In this document: positions 26,907 through 36,571 of the stretch, one piece after another
Layout: each line of letters opens with the position of its first letter
How positions within the stretch are numbered: position 1 is the stretch's first letter
From: Nannocystis bainbridge
Lineage (GTDB): Bacteria; Myxococcota_A; Polyangia; Nannocystales; Nannocystaceae
DNA: 64,000 nucleotides
NCBI RefSeq assembly: GCF_028368995.1
Contig: NZ_JAQNDL010000005.1
Span: forward strand, 64,001-128,000
Reading direction: 5' to 3'
Notes under the pieces: model-generated
Database searches by the model: none
The model's input: only the letters and a program-made list of their open reading frames with translations
What the model was told of the DNA's origin: nothing
Program-made: the position numbers and the translations under genes

Positions 26907-29387
26907 TCACCCCGCCCGCCCGCGGACGAACGCCTCCGGCCACCCGCCGTGGCCCGCGATCGCCCGGTCCACCTCCGCCATCACCCCCAGCGTCGCCCGC
27001 AGCGCCGCCGCGAAGCTACGGTAGTGCCGCACATCCTCGGCGCTCAGCGTCGAGCCGCGGCGCGCCTTCAACCACTTCTCGCACGGCGCATAGCCCCCGA
27101 CCTCGAATCGCCACACCTCCGCCGGCACGCCCGCGAACCCGCGGGTCCTTCTGCGGTCGACGAAGACATGTCCCTCGGACCACGTCACCTGCTCCACCGG
27201 CCCCGGCGGACCTGTCCATTCGGCCAGCCCCTCCTCGACCTCCGCCGTCTCGAGCAGCTGCAGCCCCGCCAGCCGCGCCCCCAGGCCCACCAGCGCCTCC
27301 ACCAGCGCCGGCGCGGCCGCGATCGGCACCCGCGCGAAGTCCTCGCGGATCGCCGGCCCGTAGCGCGCGCGATACGTCGGGCTGTGCACGACCGCGAGCA
27401 CGTAGTGCAGCACCGCCTCCGGCCCCAGCCCTCTCCCTGCCGCTCCGGCCAGCGCCCCCGCGAACTCAGGCCGCAAGTTGCTCGAGCGCGCCCCCTCGTC
27501 GCCGCGCAGGTACAGCGGCGCCAGGAAGTCCTGCCCGCGGTTGCCCAGATAAAACGTCCCGTGGCAGATCGGGTCGCGCGTCACCCCGAAGTGAGACACC
27601 CGCGGGCCGACGATCTGGCGGTTGTACACCAGCGCCAGGTTGTCGCCCGCGAGCATGTGCCGCATCACCGCCGCGCGCGGCCGGCCGAGGAACCCACCTG
27701 ACTTTTCGGACATGTACGTCCAGCGCCAGTCGAACGGCCGGTAGAGGATCCGCCGCACCCGCTCCGGCGCCGGTCCGAGCGCCCGCAGCTCGGCCTGCGC
27801 CGCCGCCAGCGACCACGCCCCGTCGGCCGCGATCGCCAGGGCCTGCCGCGCCTCCGCCTCGCTCGCGCGCGCCAGCAGCTCGACCCGCGCCTGCAGCTCC
27901 GCCGCCGTCCAGCCGATGCACACCGGATCGTTCTTGCTCTGGATCCCCGAGCTGTGGACCGCGAAGATCTCGGGCAGCGACCACCAGCCCGCATACTCGC
28001 CGAGATCATCACATGTCTCATCGGACATGTCCCAGCGGTGATACGGCGCTCGCGCCTGGTGCGGCCGCAGCAGCGCCGCCAGCCCCGCCGGCTCGGCCAG
28101 CCGCGCCAGCTTGTCGGCCCGCCGGCCCCGCAGCGAGCAGCCGTCGTGCCCCGCCCCGCCGCCGCGACACAGCCACGCGATCGCCACTCCCTGCGTGATC
28201 GCAAACACGTTCTCGTCGACCACGTCGCCGCGCACGTCGCCGTGGAGGTCGACCACGCGCCGCCACGGGAACGTCGCCTGCAGGCTCGCTCGCATCCCGC
28301 GCTTGGCGATCCCCACCAGCAAATCGCGGTTGATTACCAGCCCCACCACCGCGCGCGGCACCTGCTCGGCCAACCACTCGGCCAGGCGCAGGAACTTCCA
28401 CTCGTCGCGCAGCAGATCGCTCTTGGTCTCGCCGAGCCCCGACCTCCAGCGCTGCAGCTCCGCCACCAGCCACGGCGGCGCCGACGACGACGCCGCGTAG
28501 GGCGGGTTGCCGATCACCACCGTGAACCGCCGCGTCGGCGGCTCGGCCAACGCGTCGCCCCGGATCACGCCGAACGCCTCCTGCCCGCTCGACGCGTAAC
28601 CACTGCGGATCAGCGCGTCCGCCAGCCGCAGCCGCGCGACCACCAGCGGCGCCAGCATCGGCTCGAACGCGTGAAGGCGCGGCAGCAGGTGCGCGGGCAC
28701 GTAGGCCCGCCAGCGCTGCAGCACGGCGGGGTCGTCCCACCCGCGCGCGCCGAGCTGGCGACACCACCGGTCTTTCATCGTCCGCTCGATCGAGCGCACG
28801 CACGCCAGCACGAAGGCTCCGGTGCCGCACGCAAAATCGAGGATCGACACGAACGGCTGCGCCCCTGCCTCGCCCGTCACCTGCGCCCACGTGTCGGTGG
28901 CCGCCAGACCGTCGGCGAGCCCCAGCCGGGTGCGCAGCGCCTCGTCGACGCCGCTCACGATCGCCGTCACCAGCGCGCGCGGCGTGTAGAACACTCCGCC
29001 TCGCCGCCGCGCGCGCGGATCGAGGGCCGCCAGCAAGGGCTCGAAGAACGCCTCCGCCGCCGCCTCACCGCCGACCGGCGCGAGCGCGTCGAGTCGCCCC
29101 GCGAGTCGCGTCAACTCGTCCGCCAGCGGCCCCGTCAATCCCGCCAGCTCGCGCTGCAACCCGGCCGCCCGCGCCAGCTCGCGCGCCAGCGTCAGGGTCG
29201 CCTCACCACCTGTCTCTTCGGACAGCACACGCGCAGTGAACAGCGCCGCCACCAGCGCCGCCGCCTGGGCCTCGACCTCGTGCTCCCCCGTCAGTCGGGC
29301 CAGCCGCGGCTGCAGCGCGCGAACCTCCGCCGCCAACATCGGCGCCAGCGCCCCGGCCCTCCCGCTGGCGCCCGCACGCCGTCCCAC
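26907..29387 (-). CDS. Type ISP/IIG-like N6-adenine DNA methyltransferase with C-terminal specificity domain, no evident nuclease
   Basis: GVFYTP, motif I ILDFACGTGAF, motif IV VIGNPPY, DLHG, ENVFAI, YRPFD, FEVGGY..CEKWLK. Confidence 0.85.
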   Translation of the reverse strand: MGRRAGASGRAGALAPMLAAEVRALQPRLARLTGEHEVEAQAAALVAALFTARVLSEETGGEATLTLARELARAAGLQRELAGLTGPLADELTRLAGRLDALAPVGGEAAAEAFFEPLLAALDPRARRRGGVFYTPRALVTAIVSGVDEALRTRLGLADGLAATDTWAQVTGEAGAQPFVSILDFACGTGAFVLACVRSIERTMKDRWCRQLGARGWDDPAVLQRWRAYVPAHLLPRLHAFEPMLAPLVVARLRLADALIRSGYASSGQEAFGVIRGDALAEPPTRRFTVVIGNPPYAASSSAPPWLVAELQRWRSGLGETKSDLLRDEWKFLRLAEWLAEQVPRAVVGLVINRDLLVGIAKRGMRASLQATFPWRRVVDLHGDVRGDVVDENVFAITQGVAIAWLCRGGGAGHDGCSLRGRRADKLARLAEPAGLAALLRPHQARAPYHRWDMSDETCDDLGEYAGWWSLPEIFAVHSSGIQSKNDPVCIGWTAAELQARVELLARASEAEARQALAIAADGAWSLAAAQAELRALGPAPERVRRILYRPFDWRWTYMSEKSGGFLGRPRAAVMRHMLAGDNLALVYNRQIVGPRVSHFGVTRDPICHGTFYLGNRGQDFLAPLYLRGDEGARSSNLRPEFAGALAGAAGRGLGPEAVLHYVLAVVHSPTYRARYGPAIREDFARVPIAAAPALVEALVGLGARLAGLQLLETAEVEEGLAEWTGPPGPVEQVTWSEGHVFVDRRRTRGFAGVPAEVWRFEVGGYAPCEKWLKARRGSTLSAEDVRHYRSFAAALRATLGVMAEVDRAIAGHGGWPEAFVRGRAG

Positions 29388-29443
29388 CCAGGCAGCCTAA
29401 CCGAAGCCGCAGCCACCGACAACGCTCACCCCGCCCGCCGAGT

Positions 29444-29602
29444 GGACCTCGCGGACAGGTTCAAAAGGACATATCCGTCGCCGCCGGCCCGCCGCCGAAA
29501 CGCCCCTCGAAGGACATGTTCCAAAGGACATGTCCTTCGAGGCCACGGCGCTCAAGCCACACGCCGCACAGCTCCGCCCACGAGCACATGCTCTTAAAAA
29601 CC
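29444..29602. repeat. Cluster of 14-bp palindrome units upstream of the methyltransferase
   Basis: Phased units at 29444/29458 and 29503/29517/29531, plus a weaker one at 29589. Confidence 0.7.
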
Positions 29603-29627
29603 ATCTCCGCCGCCACGGCCTCGCCGC

Positions 29628-30455
29628 TCACGCCGGATGGACGCGCCGGATCTCGTGGCCGTCGCGCAGGTCCGCCACCGAGTGGTACCTCGAGGACAGG
29701 TTTAACAGGACATACCGCTTGTGCGACCGCGGCGCCCCGAAGATCACCGGACAGGCCTGCCGCAGCCCGCCCGCGAAGAAACCCTCCTCGTCGCGGTCGT
29801 GGCCGTGGATCACCAGCGACACCGGCACCGCGCTGGCCGACACTCGCGCCAGCAGCCGCGCCGTCACCTCCTCGCGCTGCCCGTAGCTGCAGAGGAACGT
29901 CGCCAGCAGGTGGCGGCGATATGGATCGTTGTCGCGCGGCGACAGCCGCACCCCGTCGAGATCGTCGAACTGTTGCAGCCGGTCGTCGGGCGAGCCGTGC
30001 GACAGCAGCACCCCGCACGGCGCCGCGATCGCCAGCAGGGCCGGCTCGAACAGCGCCCGCAGGTCGGCCAGCTGGGCCGGTGAGCAGCGACCCTCGAGCG
30101 CCGCCACCTCGTCGGCGTGGAACTTCGTCGTCCGCGGTCCGCCGACGTGCCCGTGGTCGTGGTTGCCGAGCACGTAGTGGACCCGGCCCGGATAAGCGCG
30201 CTGCAGCTCGAGGATGCCCGCCACGATCTCGGCGGACATGTCCGAATAGTCATAAAGCTCGGGTCGGCGCCCGCGCGCCTCGTCGCTGGGCCCGTGGACC
30301 GTGTCGCCGAGGATCGCCCAGTGCGTCGCCGGATCGACCGTGATGCCCGAGATGAAGTGCTCGCGCAGCGCCAAGAAGTCGTCCCAGCACCCGTGGAGAT
30401 CGGTGCTGATGATCAACGCGCCGCGCGACGGCAGAATCACGGTCCTACGCACCAT
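29628..30455 (-). CDS. Calcineurin-like metallophosphoesterase
   Basis: TDLHG, LGDTVH, LGNHD, SHG, IHGHD. Confidence 0.88.
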   Translation of the reverse strand: MVRRTVILPSRGALIISTDLHGCWDDFLALREHFISGITVDPATHWAILGDTVHGPSDEARGRRPELYDYSDMSAEIVAGILELQRAYPGRVHYVLGNHDHGHVGGPRTTKFHADEVAALEGRCSPAQLADLRALFEPALLAIAAPCGVLLSHGSPDDRLQQFDDLDGVRLSPRDNDPYRRHLLATFLCSYGQREEVTARLLARVSASAVPVSLVIHGHDRDEEGFFAGGLRQACPVIFGAPRSHKRYVLLNLSSRYHSVADLRDGHEIRRVHPA

Positions 30456-31048
30456 CTTCGCCGCGCCGATGATACACGAGAACCTCTGCGCTGCGACCGC
30501 GCGGGTCCGCGCCCGGACCGCGTGCGACGAGGCGCGAGCACGTGGTCGTTCGCGAGGCCTGGACACCACGAGCGCACGCGCACTGTCGAAGTAAAGATCG
30601 CATCGCCAAATTCTCGTTCGTCTGGCCACCGCCCGCGGATCTGCGAATCGCTATGCGCTTCAGATCACCGGCGCGCCACGAGTCGATGTCCCTTCGCGCT
30701 TGCGACAGCGAGATCGGAACATACGCCAACGTGGCTCGAGCAAGCCCTCGCACATCAACGCGGTTGCGTCCTCGAATTGAAGTCGCCGCGCGTGGCAGCG
30801 ATTCAAAGCACTACCCTCGTTCTCGTCATCATGCGCCGCGAAGACCGCGTGCGCGCGGCCACTTCGCTCCCGGTGTCCCCGTACCGGGTGACCTCTCACC
30901 GCGACCCCGGGAGCCGTCATGCGCGCCCGCTCCTCCCTCGCGGCGCCACGCCCACGCTGACTGCGAGCGTGCTCGATGTGCGCCCGAGAGCGCTGCGTCC
31001 CCACAGTCCGCTTGTCCGTGCCGGCCGCCCCGCGCTATCCTCGCGGCC

Positions 31049-31588
31049 ATGCGAAACGCCGCGCGAGTGGGCCTGTGCGTCGTGCTGTTCGGCCTCGTGA
31101 GCGCCGTCGCGGCCTGCTTCAAGGCCGACTTTTTGCTCGGCGCCGTGTGCAACCGCGACAACGCCTGCGGCAGGGACCAGGGCCTGTGCTGCTCCGGGTT
31201 CCGCTGTCGGCCTGCCCCCGAGCACTGCGAGCGCGGCGAGAACGAGGACACCAGCTACGCGCTCGCCTACTCGCCCTGCGTCTCCGACGAAGACTGTCAC
31301 GCCTTCGGCATGCCGCGCTGCGTCCACCGCGACGGCGCCGACCAGGGCTTCTGCGCCGACCTCTGCGAGGGCATCGCCAGCAACTGCGAGAAGCACCCGC
31401 AGTCGGACAGCCTCGTCTGCCTCGACGTCGAGGGCCAGCCGCTGTGCGCCCTCCGCTGCTGCAGCGCCGGCTGCGTCGCCGACACCGACGGCGCCACCTG
31501 CCCCGGTCAGGGCGTGTGTCCCGCGCCGTGCCCCGACGACATGGCCTGCCTCGACGACGTATGCGTGCCGGTCAAGGGATCGCCGTGA
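31049..31588 (+). CDS. Cysteine-rich lipoprotein
   Basis: VAAC lipobox followed by more than 20 Cys. TATCCT box 7 nt upstream. Confidence 0.8.
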   Translation: MRNAARVGLCVVLFGLVSAVAACFKADFLLGAVCNRDNACGRDQGLCCSGFRCRPAPEHCERGENEDTSYALAYSPCVSDEDCHAFGMPRCVHRDGADQGFCADLCEGIASNCEKHPQSDSLVCLDVEGQPLCALRCCSAGCVADTDGATCPGQGVCPAPCPDDMACLDDVCVPVKGSP

Positions 31589-32829
31589 GCGCGCGGCGAT
31601 CGCCGATCGGTCTGCCGGCCAAGACCTGCCCGCCCGCGGTCCGCCGACCGAGCGCTGCCCTCGCCGCCGCGCTCGCGCTCCACCTGTCCTTCGAGACACA
31701 TCTGGCCCACGCCGCCGACCTGTCCCTCAGGACATCCGCCTCCACCCCGGACTTGTCCGCCGCGCCATCTCCCGCCCGCGCCGCCGACCTGTCCCTCAGG
31801 ACATCCACATCCACCCACGACCTGTCCGCTGCGCCATCTCCCGCCCGCGCCGCCGACCTGTCCTTCAGGACATCCAACTCCACCACGAGCCTGTCCTTCG
31901 CGACGATTCCCGCCCCGCGACACCTCGCCCGGGCCACCCTCCCGGCCCCCGCGTCTTCCCTGCACCTGTCCCTCGAGACAGCCCCGCCCTCGCCCCGCGA
32001 CCTCGCCTACGAGCAGGGCCAGGCGGCCAAGGAGGCCGCCGACGACCCCCGCGCCGCCGACGAGTTCGCCCGCGCCTACCGCCTCACGCCCCCGGGCGAG
32101 ACCGGCCCGCGGCTGATGCTCCTGCGCGAGAGCGTCGACGCCCGCCTGCGCGCCCACGAGCGCGGCGCTCCTGCGCCTGAGCAGCTGTGCCCGGCCCGCG
32201 CCCTGCTGCGCGAGCACCTCGCCGGCGCCGACCCACTCACCGACGAGCGCTCCCGGCTCGCGCGCGTCGAGCAGGGCCTCGGCGCCGTCGACTGCGACGC
32301 CCCCGACCGACCTGTCCCTCAGGACATCCCCACCGATCCTCCGCGGGCCCCCGCCGAGGGCCCGCCCCCGGGCCCCGTATCACCTGCCCCACCGGACAGC
32401 TCGTCTCCCGCCGACGCCCCGCCATCGCCTGTCCCCATGGACATGTCCTCGAGGTCACCCGCGTCGACCCGCGGTCGCGGCCTGCGGATCGCCGGCGCGG
32501 CCGCGCTCGGCCTCGGCGCGGCCGCGCTCGTGCCGATGAGCGTCGGGATCGCCCTCGCCCGCGACGCCACGCGCGACGGCCGGCACTACTGCTGGGGCAG
32601 AGAATTCGCCTGCGACGGCGGCATCGACCCGCAGGTCGATGACATCCTGAAGCGCGGCTACAAGGCCGACACCCTCGTCAAGATCGCCGCCCCCGTCGCC
32701 GGCATCGCCCTGCTCACCGGCGCCGTCCTGCTCGGCGTCGGCCTGGCCATGCGCGCGCGGGCCCCCGTCGCCGTCGCCCCGCGCCTCGGCCCCGGGACCC
32801 TCGGCCTCGGGCTCCAGGGCCGCTTCTGA
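31585..32829 (+). CDS. Myxobacterial TPR-like secreted/membrane protein
   Basis: GTGA overlap with upstream gene; YEQG...AADEFARAY helix, Pro-rich linker, two TM segments, C-terminal GLGLQGRF. Confidence 0.7.
   Translation: MSARRSPIGLPAKTCPPAVRRPSAALAAALALHLSFETHLAHAADLSLRTSASTPDLSAAPSPARAADLSLRTSTSTHDLSAAPSPARAADLSFRTSNSTTSLSFATIPAPRHLARATLPAPASSLHLSLETAPPSPRDLAYEQGQAAKEAADDPRAADEFARAYRLTPPGETGPRLMLLRESVDARLRAHERGAPAPEQLCPARALLREHLAGADPLTDERSRLARVEQGLGAVDCDAPDRPVPQDIPTDPPRAPAEGPPPGPVSPAPPDSSSPADAPPSPVPMDMSSRSPASTRGRGLRIAGAAALGLGAAALVPMSVGIALARDATRDGRHYCWGREFACDGGIDPQVDDILKRGYKADTLVKIAAPVAGIALLTGAVLLGVGLAMRARAPVAVAPRLGPGTLGLGLQGRF
31711..31880 (+). repeat. 69-bp in-frame tandem repeat (about 2.5 copies), each carrying a 14-bp palindrome
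   Basis: Copies start at 31711, 31780 and 31849, encoding AADLSLRTSxSTxDLSAAPSPAR. Confidence 0.85.
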
Positions 32830-32876
32830 CGGCCTCCGCGGCCGCGCGTGTTAGACTCGCGCCCCGCAGGCGACGC

Positions 32877-34484
32877 GTGGAGGAGGCAGGCGACAGCACG
32901 TTCCCGAACTGGCCCGAGCTGCGGCGCCTCTTCACCTACGACGAGCTCGTCGGCAAGGTGCTCCAGGGCCGCTACGAGGTCGTGCGCCGGCTCGGCGCCG
33001 GCGGCATGGGCGTGGTGTTCCTCGCCCGTCACGTCCACCTCGACAAGCTGTTCGCGCTCAAGATCATCAGCGCCCGCTACCTCGACGAGCCGGAGATCGG
33101 TCGCCGCTTCTTGCTCGAGGCCCAGGCCGCCTCGAAGATCGATCACCCCAACGTGGTCGGCATCACCGACTTCGGCCCGCCCGAGGCCGGCCCGACCTTC
33201 TTCGTCATGGAGTACCTCGAGGGCGAGGACCTCGCGCGCACGCTCGCCCGCGAGGGCCCGCTGGCCTGGCCCCGCGCGCTCCACATCGTCACCCAGATCG
33301 CCCGCGCGCTGGTGGCCGCCCACCAGCGCGGCGTCGTCCACCGCGACATCAAGCCGCAAAATTGCCTCCGCGTCGGCCGCGACGGCGACCCCGACTTCAT
33401 CAAGGTCCTCGACTTCGGCCTCGCCAAGATCCTCTCGGCCACCCACAAGAGCACGTGGACCGTGGGCGGCTCCCCCGGCTACATCGCCCCCGAGATCTAC
33501 CGCGGCGGCCGCACCGATCACCGCGTCGACATCTTCGCCCTCGGCGTCGTCCTCCACACCCTCCTGCTCGGCCGCCTGCCCGCGCAGTCCCCCGGCGACG
33601 TCGAGCTGCCGCCGCACGCCCCCGTCCTCCACACCGCCGACCTGCCGCCGCCGCTGCGCGCCATCATCGACCGCGCCACCGCCGAGGACCCCGAGCGCCG
33701 CTACCCCTCGGCCGACGCCCTGCTGGCCGCACTCACCGAGGCGCGCGCCACCATCTCCAGTCCCTCGGGACATGCTCTTAAAGACATGCCCGAAAGGCCA
33801 CGTCCTGCTCGCCGCCGCGGCTTGCTCCTCGCCGCCTCGCTCGGCGGCGCGCTGGCGGTAGCGATCGCGGTCGCCAGCACCCGCGAGGCCTCCGGAGACG
33901 CGGCCCAGCGCGCGAGCGAGCCCGCGGGCGCACGCATGGACACCAGCGAGGCGCGAGAGGCCCCGGCGGACACCGTCGCGGGCATCCCCGAAGCCCCGGC
34001 CGGCTCAGCGAAGGATCCGGCCGTCGCGTCGAGCAGCGGTGAATCGCCCGCCGCACCTGCAACCTCCGCCCCCCTGGCTGCGGGCCCCTCCGCCGCTACA
34101 CGCCCGCCCGAACCCGCGACCTCCGCCGCGACCCCGGCTGCCCTCGAGGACATGTCCGAAGCGACATTACCCGTCCCACCCGCCTCCGGGACCGACACGC
34201 CCCGCCCCGCGAAGCCGCTCGCGCCGTTCGACCCCGCCGCCGCAAAGGCCCAGCTCGAGCGCCGCGCCGCCGACGTGCGCGCCTGCAAGGCCGACTCGAG
34301 CTTTCGCACCATGACCACGACCGTCCGGCTCGCCGGCACCGTCTCCGTCTCGCCCCGGGGCAAGGCGACCGTGACCCTGCCGCCCGGCTACGACGTGAGC
34401 CCCTGCCTGGCGCGCCTGGTCGCGGGCACCCGCTTCCGCCCCAGCCTCGACGGCGGCGAGTTCGCCTTCACCTTCCTGCTGTGA
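32877..34484 (+). CDS. Hanks-type Ser/Thr protein kinase with TM segment
   Basis: LGAGGMGVV, ALK, HRDIKPQN, DFG, GSPGYIAPE, one TM helix. Confidence 0.95.
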   Translation: MEEAGDSTFPNWPELRRLFTYDELVGKVLQGRYEVVRRLGAGGMGVVFLARHVHLDKLFALKIISARYLDEPEIGRRFLLEAQAASKIDHPNVVGITDFGPPEAGPTFFVMEYLEGEDLARTLAREGPLAWPRALHIVTQIARALVAAHQRGVVHRDIKPQNCLRVGRDGDPDFIKVLDFGLAKILSATHKSTWTVGGSPGYIAPEIYRGGRTDHRVDIFALGVVLHTLLLGRLPAQSPGDVELPPHAPVLHTADLPPPLRAIIDRATAEDPERRYPSADALLAALTEARATISSPSGHALKDMPERPRPARRRGLLLAASLGGALAVAIAVASTREASGDAAQRASEPAGARMDTSEAREAPADTVAGIPEAPAGSAKDPAVASSSGESPAAPATSAPLAAGPSAATRPPEPATSAATPAALEDMSEATLPVPPASGTDTPRPAKPLAPFDPAAAKAQLERRAADVRACKADSSFRTMTTTVRLAGTVSVSPRGKATVTLPPGYDVSPCLARLVAGTRFRPSLDGGEFAFTFLL

Positions 34485-34491
34485 CGAGACC

Positions 34492-34575
34492 TGTCTTCAA
34501 GAACATGTCTGCGAGGACATGCCCTTTCGGCCATGCCCGCTTCGACATGCCCCGAAGCGCATGCCCTGAAGGACA
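34492..34575. repeat. Phased array of 6 14-bp palindrome units
   Basis: TGTCTTCAAGAACA|TGTCTGCGAGGACA|TGCCCTTTCGGCCA|TGCCCGCTTCGACA|TGCCCCGAAGCGCA|TGCCCTGAAGGACA. Confidence 0.92.
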
Positions 34576-34584
34576 GCCCGCCTC

Positions 34585-35238
34585 TCACCCCGGCGCCGGC
34601 CCCAGGCCCATGCGCGCCAGCTGGGCGTCGAGCCGCTCCTTCGCCACCCGCAGCCGGCTCTTGGCCGTGTTCTTCGGGATCTCGAACACCGCCGCGATCT
34701 CGGCGCTCGTCATCTCTTGCGCGTAGCGGAGCTCGAGCAAGATCTGCACGTCGAGCGGCAGCTTGCGCAGCGCCGTCGAGAGGCGCTCCAGCTTCGCGTG
34801 CGCCGACGCCACCCGGCTCGGCGACGGCGACAGGTCCTCGAGCGACGACAGGCTCGGGTCGAACTGGGCCGCGCGGGTCTTCTTGCGGTAGTGCGCGAAC
34901 AGGACGAAGCGCGCCGTCCCGTAGAGATAGGCGCGGAACGTCGCCGCGATCGGCTCGCCGTGGGCCACCACCTCGCCCGGCACGACGAAGCGGTCGCGCG
35001 CGTGCGTCAGCGCCTCCCACGTCTGCTGCGCCAGGTCGTCGACCTCGAAGTCGCGCACCTTGTCGGCGAAGAAGCGGACCACGTGCGGCCCGTAGTGGCG
35101 CACCAGCCCGTCGCCGGCGCGCGCGTCTCCGGCCCGCCAGGCCGTCAACAGCGCCAGGTCCTGGTCGTTGCGGGCCATCGCCGCCGCGCGCGGGCCCCCG
35201 GCCTCGACCTGGTCTTCGGGTCTCGTGGGATCGGGCAT
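34585..35238 (-). CDS. ECF-family RNA polymerase sigma factor
   Basis: WRAGD..AG..L, DDLAQQT, FRAYLYGTAR, region 4 EIAAVFEIPKNTAKSRL. Start may be MARNDQ. Confidence 0.9.
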   Translation of the reverse strand: MPDPTRPEDQVEAGGPRAAAMARNDQDLALLTAWRAGDARAGDGLVRHYGPHVVRFFADKVRDFEVDDLAQQTWEALTHARDRFVVPGEVVAHGEPIAATFRAYLYGTARFVLFAHYRKKTRAAQFDPSLSSLEDLSPSPSRVASAHAKLERLSTALRKLPLDVQILLELRYAQEMTSAEIAAVFEIPKNTAKSRLRVAKERLDAQLARMGLGPAPG

Positions 35239-35293
35239 GCGGAGCGGGTCGCGAGGATCGCACGACCCGCCCCGGCCTCCAAGGGCCTGCCGC

Positions 35294-36571
35294 TCAGCCG
35301 CCGGCCAGCGCCGCGCTGATCTCGCCCACCGCCGACACGCTCCCGCTCAGCGCCCCCGTGCCGCTCTGGAGCAGCGAGCCCAGGCTCTCGAGCTCGGCCA
35401 CGGCGCAGACGATCCCCACGCTGGCCCGCAGGCTGAGGTCGCCGGCGAAGTCCGCCTGCACCGAGGACACCAGCCCCACCGCCGCGTCGCCCAGCCCGGC
35501 GCCCGCCTCGAGCACCAGCTTCGCGCGCGCGCTCGCGGCCAGCAGGCCGGCGTAGCGCACGCGGAAGCCCTCGACCCACGCCTTGAACTGCGCCTGCTCG
35601 AGCTCGTCGTCGAAGCCCGCCTCCCACTGCCACAGGATCTCGAGCGCCGGCGGCGTGCACTGAGCCTGCAGCTTCGCCTCGGCCTCCACGCTCGCCTCGC
35701 ACTCCGCCTTGGCCTTCGGCGGCACCACCTCGCCGTCGCACGAGCCGTCGCAGCTGGCGCTCGCGTCGGCCGCGGCCTGGCAGCGCACCTCGGCGCCCGC
35801 CTCGCACCCGCCGTCCGGCGCCTCGTACTCGCACGAGCCCTGGCACTCGCCGTCGCACGCGGCCCCGGCCTTGAGCTCGCACGAGCCCGTGCACGAGCCC
35901 ACGCACTCGCCCGCGCACTGACCGTCGGCTCCACGCACCGTGCAGTCGCCCTCGCACCCGCCGTTGCACGTGCCGTTGCACTGCAGGTCGCCCTCGAGCT
36001 TGCACGTGCCGCTGCACGTGCCGCTGCACTTCAGCTCCGGCGCCGTGCCCTTGCACATCACCTTGGCCGACGCGTCGCAGCTGGCCGAAGCGCTGGCGTC
36101 GACGGTGCACGTGCCCTTGCACTCGACCGACACCATCCCCGGATCGATCTCCGCGTCACACTTGGCCGACGCGTCGATCGCCACCTTCGCGTCGACGGTG
36201 CAGCGCGGCGGCGCGTACTTCACCTTGAGCCCGCCTTCGGTCGCGGCGTCGAACTTGGCCGCCAGCGCCGCCCGGATGTCCGCCGCGCTCGCGCCTGCGT
36301 CCAGATCGAGCGACACCGCGAGCGACCGCAGCTCGGCGTCGACCCCGGCCTTGACCTCGAGCGCTGCCTTGTCGAACCCGACCACCGCGGCGAAGAACGC
36401 GTCGACGCTGGCGAGGCCCGAGATCGAAGCGTTGCCCTCGGCGAGCCCCTCGACGGGGCAACCGAGGTCGCAGAAGTCGGTCCCTGGGTTTTCCACGCAG
36501 CCGACCGTCACCGCCGCAGTGAGGAAGCCGAGGCCGAGCATGGAACCATGGATCATTCGGAACATGTTCAT
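35294..36571 (-). CDS. Cys-rich (CxGxC repeat) lipoprotein
   Basis: TVGC lipobox, GGAG RBS, repeated CxGxCxGxC blocks between helical ends. Confidence 0.85.
   Translation of the reverse strand: MNMFRMIHGSMLGLGFLTAAVTVGCVENPGTDFCDLGCPVEGLAEGNASISGLASVDAFFAAVVGFDKAALEVKAGVDAELRSLAVSLDLDAGASAADIRAALAAKFDAATEGGLKVKYAPPRCTVDAKVAIDASAKCDAEIDPGMVSVECKGTCTVDASASASCDASAKVMCKGTAPELKCSGTCSGTCKLEGDLQCNGTCNGGCEGDCTVRGADGQCAGECVGSCTGSCELKAGAACDGECQGSCEYEAPDGGCEAGAEVRCQAAADASASCDGSCDGEVVPPKAKAECEASVEAEAKLQAQCTPPALEILWQWEAGFDDELEQAQFKAWVEGFRVRYAGLLAASARAKLVLEAGAGLGDAAVGLVSSVQADFAGDLSLRASVGIVCAVAELESLGSLLQSGTGALSGSVSAVGEISAALAGG

Noticed and set aside
26907-29387. Methyltransferase as the cognate enzyme of the 14-bp palindrome
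   Set aside because: Type ISP enzymes typically recognise short asymmetric sites, and the motif is equally dense around unrelated genes. There is no direct support, so it is kept only as a methylome check.
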